Shown piece by piece: positions 10,583-19,559 of a DNA stretch of 27,632 nucleotides (its first letter is position 1; each line of letters opens with the position of its first letter). A program made the position numbers and the translations under genes. The stretch comes from an uncultured Peptococcaceae bacterium (GTDB taxonomy: Bacteria > Bacillota > Dehalobacteriia > UBA4068). Below the pieces are notes generated by a model that made no database searches, was not told the DNA's origin, and saw only the letters and a list, made by a program, of their open reading frames with translations. The stretch lies in contig CAMZIS010000001.1 in NCBI GenBank assembly GCA_947307285.1, positions 1 through 27,632 on the forward strand, in the 5' to 3' direction.

Positions 10583-11887
10583 CTATCGCAGCTCCGCCTT
10601 GAAGCTGTCTATGGATTCCAGCGCCCGCTGTGACAGCAGGGAGAACTTTTCTTTCTTGCTGCGGAACTGAGTGAGCAGCGGCGGGAAGAGACCGAAATTG
10701 ACGTTCATGGGCTGGAAATCGTCTTTCGGCGTGTGGGTGAAGGCCAGCAGCGAACCCAGGGCGCTTTCCCGGGGGAAAACCGGTCTTTCCAGTCCCAGCC
10801 GGCGGTAAGCGGCGAATATACCGGCCATGAGGCCCGAGGCCGCGGATTCCACGTAGCCCTCCACGCCGGTGATCTGCCCGGCGAAGCTGAGGCGCGAGTC
10901 TGCTATAAGTCGCAGGTCTTCGGTGAGCAGCTTGGGCGAATCGATATAGGTATTGCGGTGCATAGCGCCGTAGCGCAGGAATTCCGCCTGCTCCAGACCG
11001 GGGATCATGCGGAAGACCCGCCGCTGCTCGCCCTGGGTGAGCCGGGTCTGGAAGCCCACCAGATTGTACATGCTGCCTTCGATGTTTTCTTTGCGCAGCT
11101 GCACCACGGCGTAGGCTTCGCCGCCGGAGGGGAGTTCGAGACCAACCGGCTTCAACGGCCCGTGACAGATGGTCTCCGGCCCGAAGCGGGCCATGCTTTC
11201 GATGGGCATGCAGCCGCTGAAATGCTTCTCTTTTTCGAAATCGTGCAGCGGATGCACCTGGGCGTTCACCAGCTCATGATAAAAGGCCAGGTACTGCTCT
11301 TTATCAAAGGGGCAGTTCAGATAGTCGCTGCCCTCGCCCTTGCCGTAACGGGAGGCGAAGAAGGCCTTGTCCATGTCGATGGTGGAGGCGTCCACGATGG
11401 GCGCGATGGCGTCGTGGAAAAACAGCTGTTCCCGACCGGTGAGACTGGCGATGACCCGGGACAGGCCGGTAGAGGCCAGGGGCCCGGCGGCGACGATGAC
11501 TTCGCCCTCGGGCAGGAAGGTCACTTCCTGACGGATCAGCTCAAGGCCCGGGAAGGCGGTCAACCGCTCTTCGATAAAGGCGGAGAACTTATGCCGGTCC
11601 ACGGCCAAAGCGCCGCCGGCCGGCACGGCGGTGGCGTCGGCGGCCTCCATGATGAGACTGCCGAGACGGCGCATCTCCTCTTTGAGCAGGCCCACGGCGT
11701 TTTCCACGGAAGCGGCGCGCAGGGAATTGGAGCAGACCAGCTCGGCCAGGCCGCCGCCCTTATGGGCGGGCGTGGTCTTGCCGGGCCGCATCTCGTACAG
11801 CCGCACGGGCAGGCCCCGGCGCAGCAGTTGGTACGCGGCCTCGCAGCCTGCCAGGCCGCCGCCGATGATGGTGACGGGACTATCCAT
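10583..11887 (-). CDS. trmFO: tRNA (uracil-5-)-methyltransferase TrmFO/Gid
   Basis: [49 protein letters not shown]. Confidence 0.97.
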   Translation of the reverse strand: MDSPVTIIGGGLAGCEAAYQLLRRGLPVRLYEMRPGKTTPAHKGGGLAELVCSNSLRAASVENAVGLLKEEMRRLGSLIMEAADATAVPAGGALAVDRHKFSAFIEERLTAFPGLELIRQEVTFLPEGEVIVAAGPLASTGLSRVIASLTGREQLFFHDAIAPIVDASTIDMDKAFFASRYGKGEGSDYLNCPFDKEQYLAFYHELVNAQVHPLHDFEKEKHFSGCMPIESMARFGPETICHGPLKPVGLELPSGGEAYAVVQLRKENIEGSMYNLVGFQTRLTQGEQRRVFRMIPGLEQAEFLRYGAMHRNTYIDSPKLLTEDLRLIADSRLSFAGQITGVEGYVESAASGLMAGIFAAYRRLGLERPVFPRESALGSLLAFTHTPKDDFQPMNVNFGLFPPLLTQFRSKKEKFSLLSQRALESIDSFKAELR

Positions 11888-11893
11888 AGCTTT

Positions 11894-14017
11894 TCAGCTC
11901 TTTTTCTTGGCCGGACGGCCTTTGGGCCGTTTGGTCTCGTGTTCCTTGCCCGGGCAATCCTTGTTGGGGCAGATCTTGATCTTTTCGCCGCCCCGGGGCT
12001 GACGCTCGGTGAGCTGGGTGCCGCACAGGGGGCACTTTTCCTCGATGGGCGGATCCCAGGAGATGTAGCCGCAGGCGGGATAATTGTCGCAGCCGTAGAA
12101 CACGCGTCCGGTACGGCTCTTGCGCTGGACGATGTTGCCGCCGCAGGCCAGGCATTTCACGTCGGTGGCGTTGACTATGGCCTTGGTGTTGCGGCATTCC
12201 GGGAAGCCGGAGCAGGCCAGGAAACGGCCGTAGCGGCCCATGCGGTAGACCATGGGCTTGCCGCATTTCTCGCACAGCTCGCCGGATTCCTCGGGCTTAA
12301 TGACGATCTTTTCGATCTCCTGCTCCGCGTTGTGCAGCTCCGCGGCGAAGGGCTTGTAGAAATCGTCCACTACCTTGACCCAGTTCAGCTCGCCCTCTTC
12401 CACGGCGTCCAGCTGGTCCTCCATGGAGGCGGTGAATTCCACGTCGATGACGTCGCTGAAGTATTCCTTCATCAGATCCACCACCAGGCTGCCCAGCTCA
12501 GTGGGATAAAGCAGCTTGTCTTCCCGCACCACGTAGGAACGGGACAGGATGGTGTCGATGATGGGGGCGTAGGTGGAAGGACGGCCGATGCCCAGTTCTT
12601 CCATGGTCTTGATCAGCGTGGCCTCGCTGTAGCGCGGCGGCGGCTGGGTGAAATTCTGCTTGCTGCGCAGCTCTTCCAGATCCAGGACCTGGCCCTGCTG
12701 CACCGGGGCGACCACGCCGTTGTCCTCTTTTTCCTTTTCGGCAGCCTCGTCCTTGCCTTCGCTGTAGACCTGGGTATAGCCGGCGAAGCGCACCACCTGG
12801 CCGGTGGCCCGGAAGAGGCAGTTGTCCGCCTTCACGTCGATGGTGGTCACGTCCAGCTCCGCCGGGGCCATCTGGGAGGCCACGAAGCGATCCCAGATCA
12901 GCTTATACAGCTTATACTGCTGGGTGGTGAGGAAGGGCTTGAGCATGGCCGGGGTCCGTTCCACCGAGGTTGGGCGGATGGCTTCGTGGGCGTCCTGGAC
13001 GTTGGCCTTGCCCTTGCCGGTAGAATGGACGTTGGGGGTCTTCGGCGCGTAGGCCGCGCCGTATTTATTGCGGATGTATTCCAGGGCCTTTTGCTGGGCT
13101 TCCTGATTGATACGCACCGAGTCTGTACGCATATAGGAGATGAGGCCGGTGTTGACCCCGCCTACGGGGAGGCCTTCGTAAAGCTGCTGGGCGGTCTGCA
13201 TGGTCTTTTTGGCCACCATGCCCAGACGCTTGGAAGCCTCCTGCTGCAGGGCGGAGGTGGTGAAGGGGGGCGGAGCCGCCTTTTTGCGCGGCTTCACCGA
13301 CACTGATTCCACCGTATACGAGGCCTTTTCCAGCTTCTTCACCAGCTGCTGCACAGCCTCTTCGTTGCCCAGATGGGCTTTTTTGTTGCTGATCTTGATC
13401 AGCCGCACCAGAAGCTGGTCCGAGCCGGAACGAAGGGCGGCGTAAAGATTCCAGTATTCCTCGGGCTCGAAGGCGTTGATCTCCTCTTCCCGGTCGCAGA
13501 TCAGGCGCACGGCCACCGACTGCACACGGCCGGCGGACAGGCCCTTTTTAACCTTTTTCCACAGCAGGGGGCTGATCTTGTAGCCCACCACCCGGTCCAG
13601 GATGCGCCGAGCCTGCTGGGCCTCGACCTTATCCAGGTCGATCTTGGCAGGGTTGGCCACGGCGGCCTTGATGGCGGTGTCCGTGATCTCGTTGAAGCTG
13701 ATGCGGCAGTCGCCGTCGGGCAGCTCCAGATACTGCTGCAGATGCCAGGCGATGGCCTCCCCTTCCCGGTCCGGGTCGGAGCCCAGCAGCACGCGGTCGG
13801 CCTTGCGGGATTCGTCCCGCAGGGTCTTGATGACGTCGCCCTTGCCGCGTATGGTGATGTAATGGGGCGCGTAGTCGTGGTCGAAATCCACGCCCATGGT
13901 GCTCTTGGGCAGGTCGCGAATATGGCCCATGCAGGCCTTGACCACGTAATTACGGCCCAGGAAGCGTTCGATGGTCTTGGCTTTGGTAGGAGATTCCACG
14001 ATGATGAGAGTGCGCAT
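11894..14017 (-). CDS. topA: DNA topoisomerase I
   Basis: IVESPTKAK, DPDREGEAI, SAGRVQS, ISYMRTDS (catalytic Tyr), GIGRPSTY, C-terminal C4 zinc ribbons. Confidence 0.98.
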   Translation of the reverse strand: MRTLIIVESPTKAKTIERFLGRNYVVKACMGHIRDLPKSTMGVDFDHDYAPHYITIRGKGDVIKTLRDESRKADRVLLGSDPDREGEAIAWHLQQYLELPDGDCRISFNEITDTAIKAAVANPAKIDLDKVEAQQARRILDRVVGYKISPLLWKKVKKGLSAGRVQSVAVRLICDREEEINAFEPEEYWNLYAALRSGSDQLLVRLIKISNKKAHLGNEEAVQQLVKKLEKASYTVESVSVKPRKKAAPPPFTTSALQQEASKRLGMVAKKTMQTAQQLYEGLPVGGVNTGLISYMRTDSVRINQEAQQKALEYIRNKYGAAYAPKTPNVHSTGKGKANVQDAHEAIRPTSVERTPAMLKPFLTTQQYKLYKLIWDRFVASQMAPAELDVTTIDVKADNCLFRATGQVVRFAGYTQVYSEGKDEAAEKEKEDNGVVAPVQQGQVLDLEELRSKQNFTQPPPRYSEATLIKTMEELGIGRPSTYAPIIDTILSRSYVVREDKLLYPTELGSLVVDLMKEYFSDVIDVEFTASMEDQLDAVEEGELNWVKVVDDFYKPFAAELHNAEQEIEKIVIKPEESGELCEKCGKPMVYRMGRYGRFLACSGFPECRNTKAIVNATDVKCLACGGNIVQRKSRTGRVFYGCDNYPACGYISWDPPIEEKCPLCGTQLTERQPRGGEKIKICPNKDCPGKEHETKRPKGRPAKKKS

Positions 14018-14054
14018 TGATTGTCCTCCGAAAAAATATGGTACGGCAGCCGGG

Positions 14055-15167
14055 TCAGGCCCGGATACTGCGGATCACCGTTTGATAATATTTGCCCGGC
14101 AGCTGGCGTATGAGGCCTTTGATCTCCAAAAAAGAAAGTTTTGCCAGCAGATCGGCGATGTTCAGCTCCGTGAGGCCCTGAGCGATCAGCTCATCGGCCC
14201 GTTTGGGTTCCTTCAGGGCCAGCAGCAGCCGGCGTTCCTCCGGGTCCTCGGTGCGGGCCGGGGACTGCGCCGCCGGACGCACCAGCGGGGCCGAGGAATA
14301 ATTCTGCCACACGTCCTCGGCGCAGGTCATCATGGCCGCCGCCCCCTCTTTGATGAGGCGGTTGGTGCCGCGGCTGGTGGAGCTGGTGACGTTGCCGGGC
14401 ACGCAGTACACGTCCCTACCCTGCTCCAGCGCGTAGTCCACCGTACGCAGAGTGCCGCTTTTGGCGCCAGCCTCCACCACGATCACGCCCAGGGAAAGGC
14501 CGCTGATCAGGCGGTTGCGGCGGGGGAAGTTATAAGGCAGGGCCTCGGTGCCCAGGTGGAATTCGCTGATGACGGCCCCGCTGCCGCTGATGTCGGCATA
14601 GAGCCTGTCATGCTCCGGCGGGTAGATCACGTCCAGACCGGAGCCCAGCACCGCCACGGTGCGGCCGCCGACGGAAAGGGCCGCCTTGTGGCAGACGCCG
14701 TCGATGCCCCGGGCCATGCCGGAAACGATGACGCAGCCCTGAGCCGCCAGGTCCCGGGCGAAGATCTCCGCCGCCTGCCGGCCGTAGCTGCTGGCCTGGC
14801 GGGAACCGATCATAGCCAGGGTAACGTCCTCCGGTCCGGGCAGGGTCCCGTGATAGAACAGGACCAGCGGCGGGTCGTAGATGTTCCTGAGCAGCAGCGG
14901 ATAGTCCTCGTCGCCCCAGGCCGTGACCTTGCAGCCGTAGTTGAGCCACTGATCGAACAGGGCCGCGGGGTCCAACGCCCGCCGGCGGGACAGTATCTCC
15001 TCTTCCGCGTCCCGGGAGAGCACGGCGATCTTGCTCCATTCGTAAGGATGGAGCCAGGCTTCCCCGGCGTCGCCGTCATAGTATTCGAGAATGGATCTGG
15101 CGTCCTGAGCCTTCAGCCGGGGCAGACTGTTGAAGGCCAAAAGGAAGGGCAGGCGTTCGCTGTCCAT
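14055..15167 (-). CDS. dprA: DNA-processing protein DprA/Smf
   Basis: IVSGMARGID, AVLGSG, FPRRNRLISGLS, VEAGAKSG, PGNV; winged-helix-like C-terminus; upstream of topA. Confidence 0.96.
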   Translation of the reverse strand: MDSERLPFLLAFNSLPRLKAQDARSILEYYDGDAGEAWLHPYEWSKIAVLSRDAEEEILSRRRALDPAALFDQWLNYGCKVTAWGDEDYPLLLRNIYDPPLVLFYHGTLPGPEDVTLAMIGSRQASSYGRQAAEIFARDLAAQGCVIVSGMARGIDGVCHKAALSVGGRTVAVLGSGLDVIYPPEHDRLYADISGSGAVISEFHLGTEALPYNFPRRNRLISGLSLGVIVVEAGAKSGTLRTVDYALEQGRDVYCVPGNVTSSTSRGTNRLIKEGAAAMMTCAEDVWQNYSSAPLVRPAAQSPARTEDPEERRLLLALKEPKRADELIAQGLTELNIADLLAKLSFLEIKGLIRQLPGKYYQTVIRSIRA

Positions 15168-15207
15168 AGGTTCTCCAAAAATACTTTTCCTATAAGCAGT
15201 ACATATT

Positions 15208-15236
15208 TTTATATCATATTAAATTATAGATTGCAA
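15208..15236 (-). promoter_or_regulatory. Putative sigma-A promoter for dprA-topA
   Basis: TTGCAA-17 nt-TATAAA with TG extension in an AT-rich island. Confidence 0.7.
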
Positions 15237-15291
15237 CTGTTTTTTAAGGGACGGCTTTTTCTCCCCTGTTTCGCGCCGGAGCCAACCGCGC

Positions 15292-15326
15292 AAAAAGAAA
15301 AAAAGGGCGGGTCAATGAAACCCGCC
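15292..15326 (-). terminator. Intrinsic terminator ending the envelope cassette
   Basis: ggcgggt-caatgaa-acccgcc stem with aaaaagaaaaaaa on its left (U tract on the minus strand). Confidence 0.8.
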
Positions 15327-15348
15327 GCATTTTCCCCATAAAGAGCAA

Positions 15349-15372
15349 GCGCGGCTGAAAGATCAGCCGCGC
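15349..15372. repeat. Perfect 10-bp inverted repeat in the 3' UTR of the SH3b gene
   Basis: gcgcggctga-aaga-tcagccgcgc, no U tract. Confidence 0.85.
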
Positions 15373-15408
15373 CGGGATAAAACCGTATGCTGTTTTAAAG
15401 GTCAGCGA

Positions 15409-15912
15409 TCAGTAGGGCTCGCTGCACAGCCAGCTGGCGATGTAGCCGGTGGTGCCGTTGGCCATCTTCACGTTGTACCAGGTGCCGTCGCTGGCGCTGG
15501 TGGAACCCAGGTAAGCCAGGACGTCGCCCTCGGCCGCAGTGCCCACCACCGTGGCTTCGGTGGACGCGGAGGCGCGGATGTTTACGGCATCCGACGTCAC
15601 CTTGACGCTGCTGGCCTTGGAATTGTTGTTGCTGCTGCTGTTGTTGCCGCTCTGGTTGTTGGCATTTCCGGACTCAGAGGGAGCGCTGGGAGTGGTATTG
15701 CCTTTCAGCGCGGCGTTGATCTCGTCGATCTCAGCCTGCAGGGCGCTGACCTGCTTGCCCACCAGCTTATCCACATAGCTCTGAGTGACTACCGGGTCGT
15801 TCTCGGAACCGGCCACGGAACCGGAGGCCTGGACCACCTGGCCGATGACGAAACCGAGACCGCAGAAGACCAAAGCAGCTACGATTAGTACGATGATACC
15901 GCCCTTACTCAT
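15409..15912 (-). CDS. Membrane-anchored SH3b-domain protein
   Basis: N-terminal hydrophobic helix, GSENDPVVTQSYVD segment, short coiled coil, Asn/Ser linker, C-terminal VNIRASAS...WYNV...TGYIASW SH3b pattern; AAGGAG SD. Confidence 0.85.
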   Translation of the reverse strand: MSKGGIIVLIVAALVFCGLGFVIGQVVQASGSVAGSENDPVVTQSYVDKLVGKQVSALQAEIDEINAALKGNTTPSAPSESGNANNQSGNNSSSNNNSKASSVKVTSDAVNIRASASTEATVVGTAAEGDVLAYLGSTSASDGTWYNVKMANGTTGYIASWLCSEPY

Positions 15913-15987
15913 TTGTGATTCTCCTTTTCAAAACAGAGTAGTGTTTATGAAAACTTTAAACGTCAAACTATTTCAAAGGCCCAGCTT

Positions 15988-17040
15988 TCAGGCCGTTTCC
16001 TGCTTGTCCCGCTTGATGGGGGAAAGATGGCATTTGCCCCGTAGCGTGCCCAAAATCTCCGCGCCGGCAAAGGTGGCGACAGTGGTGATGATGAGCACCA
16101 TGACCGCCTGGGCCGAAGTGAGGATGGCCATGAGCACCGCGGCCAGGCCCATCAGCATGGCGAAGACGTAGATGGTCAGCACGGCCTGCCGCTGGCCCAG
16201 CCCCAGAGAGAGCAGGACCTGGTGCAGGTGCATCTTGTCCGCCTCAAAGATGGGCTTATGCAGGAAGAGGCGGCGGATGATGGCGCAGAAGGTGTCGAAG
16301 ACCGGCACGCCCAAAATAAGGAAGGGGATGAACACGGAGATGGCCGTGGCCCCCTTGCACAGGCCCATCAGGGCCAGAGTGCCCAGGATGAAGCCCATGA
16401 ACAAAGCGCCGCAGTCACCCATGAAGGTCTTGGCCGGATGGAAGTTCCAGGGCAGGAAGCCCAGGGCGGAGGCGGCCAGGATGCCGGCCAGAGCCGCTGC
16501 CACCAGCTCGCCCTGAGAAAGGCAGACGATGGCGGTGGCCACAGCGGCGATGGCGGAGACCCCGCCGGCCAGGCCGTCCATGCCGTCGATCAGGTTGACG
16601 GCGTTGCTCACGCCCACCAGCCACAGCACGGTGATGGGTATGCCGAAAACGCCCAGGGAAACGGTGCTGCCGGTAAAGGGATTGGAGATGAAGCGGATGG
16701 AAAAACCGGCGGCCACCAGGATCAAAGCGGCCACGAACTGCCCCGCCAGCTTGAATTTGGGGGAAATGTCCTTATAGTCGTCGATGAACCCGGTAAGGAA
16801 GACCACGCTGCCTGCTATGAGCACGGCGGCTACCTGACGCGTATACACGCCCAGCAGCAGGGCGCCGGCCACGAAGCCGAGATAGATGGCGATGCCGCCG
16901 ACACGCGGCGTGGGAGCGGTGTGCACCTTGCGGGCATTGGGCATATCCACGATATGCAGTTTATGGGCCAGCCAGATGGATGGCCACGTCATGGCCAGGG
17001 CTACCGCGAAGGCAGCGGCCACAGCCAGCCAAATACGCAT
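15988..17040 (-). CDS. tagO: Undecaprenyl-phosphate GlcNAc-1-phosphate transferase (WecA/TagO, MraY-like family)
   Basis: PNARKVH, PRVGGIAI, GFIDD, NAVNLIDGMDGLA, NFHPAKTFMGDCG, DKMHLHQ. Confidence 0.9.
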   Translation of the reverse strand: MRIWLAVAAAFAVALAMTWPSIWLAHKLHIVDMPNARKVHTAPTPRVGGIAIYLGFVAGALLLGVYTRQVAAVLIAGSVVFLTGFIDDYKDISPKFKLAGQFVAALILVAAGFSIRFISNPFTGSTVSLGVFGIPITVLWLVGVSNAVNLIDGMDGLAGGVSAIAAVATAIVCLSQGELVAAALAGILAASALGFLPWNFHPAKTFMGDCGALFMGFILGTLALMGLCKGATAISVFIPFLILGVPVFDTFCAIIRRLFLHKPIFEADKMHLHQVLLSLGLGQRQAVLTIYVFAMLMGLAAVLMAILTSAQAVMVLIITTVATFAGAEILGTLRGKCHLSPIKRDKQETA

Positions 17041-17093
17041 TTGCGCTCCTTAACAGATATTCCGCACCACAAGATACGGGAATATTATTATTT

Positions 17094-17123
17094 ATTTTCG
17101 CATTTTTACCCTATATTTGTCAA
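17094..17123 (-). promoter_or_regulatory. Possible promoter for tagO
   Basis: Perfect TTGACA, then 18 nt, then TG-C-GAAAAT (weak -10) in an AT-rich spacer. Confidence 0.4.
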
Positions 17124-17169
17124 CTGGTTTATGGTCCGACCTAAAAAACAGGATCAGAACCGGCTCGCT

Positions 17170-18687
17170 TTACTGCTTCATACGCAGGCCCTGCCAGGTG
17201 TCGCTGAGCATTTGGGAACGGCAGGCCCTCAGGCAGATGAAGTAGACCGCCACGGCCGCCGCGATGGCGGCGACGACCTGCACCAGAGAGGAGGAAGACG
17301 ACAGCAGGCGCAGGACAGCGAACAGGGCCAGGCCCATCACCGCCGTGGCGCCGCAGATCTGCAGCAGGGAGCTGCGCAGGTAAGAGTCCACATAGCCCAG
17401 CCGACGCTGGAGCAGGAAGGCCAGCAGGCCCGCGTTGGCGGCTGCGGCCAGGCTGTTGGCCCAGGCCAGGCCCACATGGCCCAAAGGCCGGATGAGGATG
17501 AGGGAGGCCAGCACGTTGACGGCGATGGAGATCAGACCCACCAGAAGCGGGGTCCTGACCTCGCCGCCCGCGTAGAACACCCGCAGCATCAGCATGGATG
17601 CGCCCAGGAAGATCATGCCCGGACTCATGGCGAACAGGGCGTCCGCCGTCATGCGGGTAGCCGCGGCGTCGAAGCTGCCCCGCTGGAACAGCAGCTGCAC
17701 GATGGGCTGATCCAGCAGCAGCAGACCTAACGTGGCGGGGACGGTGAGCAGCAGGATCATGGACAGGGCCCGGCTGAGAGACTTGCCCAGAGCGTCCCGG
17801 TCGTCCATTGACGCTTCCTCGGCCATTTTGGGAAAGACCGCGGTGATGACGGCCACCACGAACAGGCTGATGGGCAGGTTCATCACCTTATTGGCATAGT
17901 TGAGGGCGGAGATGCTGCCCTCGGTCATGCCGGAGGCGAAGATGCGGTTGATGATGGTGTAGCACTGGCTGACGGCCAGCCCCAGCAAAATGGGGAGCAT
18001 GGACCGCAGCACCCGCCTGACCTGAGGATGGCGCAGGTCGCACACCGGGCGGTAGCGGAAGCCGGCCTTGGGCAGGTCGAGGCTCACCAGCAGCAGGAAG
18101 GCCAGATAGCCGACCAAAGTGCCCACGGCCACCACGGCGATGTTGCCCCGGGCGAAAAACAGGGTGGCCAGGATGATGCACAGAGAAGCCAGACCGGGCC
18201 CGATGGCTGCGGCGGCGAAACGGTAGCGGCTGTTCAAAATGGCCGCCATCATCATGGCTACCGCCGCGAACAGCAGGGAGGGCATGATGATGCGGGTGAG
18301 CTGGGCCGCCAGAGAGGCGGTCTCCGGGCTGAAGCTGGGGGCGAACAGCCACACCAGGGCGGGGGCGAAGACGATGCCCAGCACCACCAGGACGGCCATG
18401 ACCAGGGCGGTGAAGTTCAGCAGGGTGCTGCCGATGAGGAAGGCCTCTTCCCGTCCGCCTTCCCGCTGCCAGCTGGCGTTGATGGCCGGCAGGGCGGCGG
18501 ACACGAAGGCATAGCCCAGGATGGCCTGGAAAAAGTTGGGAAAGGTGAAGGCCACCAGATAGGCGTCGGAGGCGGAGGAGGCGCCGAACCCGTTGGCGAT
18601 GACCATTTCCCGGACAAAGCTGAGCAGCTTGACGCAGATGTTGATCAGCAGCAGCACTCCGGTGGCTTTAACGACGTTTTTGCTCAT
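17170..18687 (-). CDS. murJ: MurJ/MviN family lipid-linked precursor flippase
   Basis: KLLSFVREMVIA..FGAS..SDAY, LNYANKVMNLP, VFPKMA, RVFYA; about 14 hydrophobic segments. Confidence 0.93.
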   Translation of the reverse strand: MSKNVVKATGVLLLINICVKLLSFVREMVIANGFGASSASDAYLVAFTFPNFFQAILGYAFVSAALPAINASWQREGGREEAFLIGSTLLNFTALVMAVLVVLGIVFAPALVWLFAPSFSPETASLAAQLTRIIMPSLLFAAVAMMMAAILNSRYRFAAAAIGPGLASLCIILATLFFARGNIAVVAVGTLVGYLAFLLLVSLDLPKAGFRYRPVCDLRHPQVRRVLRSMLPILLGLAVSQCYTIINRIFASGMTEGSISALNYANKVMNLPISLFVVAVITAVFPKMAEEASMDDRDALGKSLSRALSMILLLTVPATLGLLLLDQPIVQLLFQRGSFDAAATRMTADALFAMSPGMIFLGASMLMLRVFYAGGEVRTPLLVGLISIAVNVLASLILIRPLGHVGLAWANSLAAAANAGLLAFLLQRRLGYVDSYLRSSLLQICGATAVMGLALFAVLRLLSSSSSLVQVVAAIAAAVAVYFICLRACRSQMLSDTWQGLRMKQ

Positions 18688-18700
18688 AAGGCTGGCCGGC

Positions 18701-19420
18701 TCAGTCGCCGTTGAAGACGATCTGCAGGTCGCCGGGGATAGTCACTTCCTCGTCGCTGACGCTGTTGACGGACAGGTTGCGGTAATCCACCTGATAACGC
18801 TCGCCCAGAGAATCGGTATATTCCACCCTGAGCGGGAAACCGTACTTGGTTCCGACCCACAGCTTGTCGCCGGAGGCGGTCTCCAAGATCTGGCACAGCT
18901 GCCGGTCCACCGTTTCGCTGCCTATGATATCGGCGGTGGAATAATCTTCCATTTTGGGGTTTTTGGGCGCGTTGGGCTCGGCGGGATCAAAGCCGCGGCC
19001 GTAGGCCGTAGGCATGGCGCCGGGATAATAATCCACCACGGTGCCGTTGTTGTAGTCGTAATAGCTTTCTGTGAGGCCGTAGCCGGAAACGCTGGTGATC
19101 AGCTTCATCAGGCCGTCCTTATACCAGACCTGCATGAAGACCTGGCCCTCCGGGTATTCCACGGACTGCTCGAAATAGTAGGATTCCACCTTGGAGAGGG
19201 CCTCCTGTAGGTCCTCGATGGTGGCGGTTTCGCCCTTGTCCGGGAAGACGTCCTCCGGGGTCTGCTCGCCCTCCTCTTCGTGATGGGCCTCCGCGCCCTC
19301 TTCGATGACGACGGGCGTGACCGGTTCGCTTTCCTCATCCGCGCCGGAGCAGGCCGGCAGCAGTAAAGCCGCCAGCAGGAACAGGGCTATGATAAGGAAG
19401 CGCAGGGATCTGATGCTCAT
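18701..19420 (-). CDS. Lipoprotein of unknown function with acidic N-terminal linker
   Basis: From ATG 19420: basic n-region, hydrophobic core, lipobox LPA-C (Cys24), Glu-rich linker, beta-rich C-terminal domain. The ORF-track start at 19483 lies about 7 nt from the predicted TSS. Confidence 0.8.
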   Translation of the reverse strand: MSIRSLRFLIIALFLLAALLLPACSGADEESEPVTPVVIEEGAEAHHEEEGEQTPEDVFPDKGETATIEDLQEALSKVESYYFEQSVEYPEGQVFMQVWYKDGLMKLITSVSGYGLTESYYDYNNGTVVDYYPGAMPTAYGRGFDPAEPNAPKNPKMEDYSTADIIGSETVDRQLCQILETASGDKLWVGTKYGFPLRVEYTDSLGERYQVDYRNLSVNSVSDEEVTIPGDLQIVFNGD

Positions 19421-19496
19421 CGGAGATATCCTCGGTCCGTTACGCGGGCCCGGCCCGGACGAAAGATAACGGCTGACAGTCATTAATTATTAATAT

Positions 19497-19525
19497 ATTA
19501 TATCACGGCTTCTTCGATAATACAA
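19497..19525 (-). promoter_or_regulatory. Sigma-A promoter for lipoprotein-murJ
   Basis: TTGTAT-17 nt-TATAAT with TG extension. Confidence 0.8.
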
Positions 19526-19533
19526 TATCTTGA

Positions 19534-19540
19534 TGTCGAA
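19534..19540 (+). promoter_or_regulatory. Candidate Spo0A box (TGTCGAA)
   Basis: Exact match to TGNCGAA, 8 nt upstream of the -35. A second 1-mismatch box in opposite orientation lies at 19513-19519. Confidence 0.45.
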
Positions 19541-19559
19541 GAGTGCAGGTATTTGTTAT

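Noticed and set aside
10733-13306. 857-aa plus-strand ORF
   Set aside because: Codon-aligned antisense shadow of trmFO and topA, which share a frame across a 6-bp gap. High GC3 makes TTA/CTA/TCA codons rare, so the opposite strand lacks stops. No recognisable motif or SD.
15623-15646. Short TTG/CTG trinucleotide run
   Set aside because: Encodes the Asn/Ser linker of the SH3b protein; too short and in frame, so not a phase-variation tract.
15940-15970. TTGACG upstream of the SH3b gene
   Set aside because: No acceptable -10 at 16-18 nt; the gene is probably co-transcribed with tagO.
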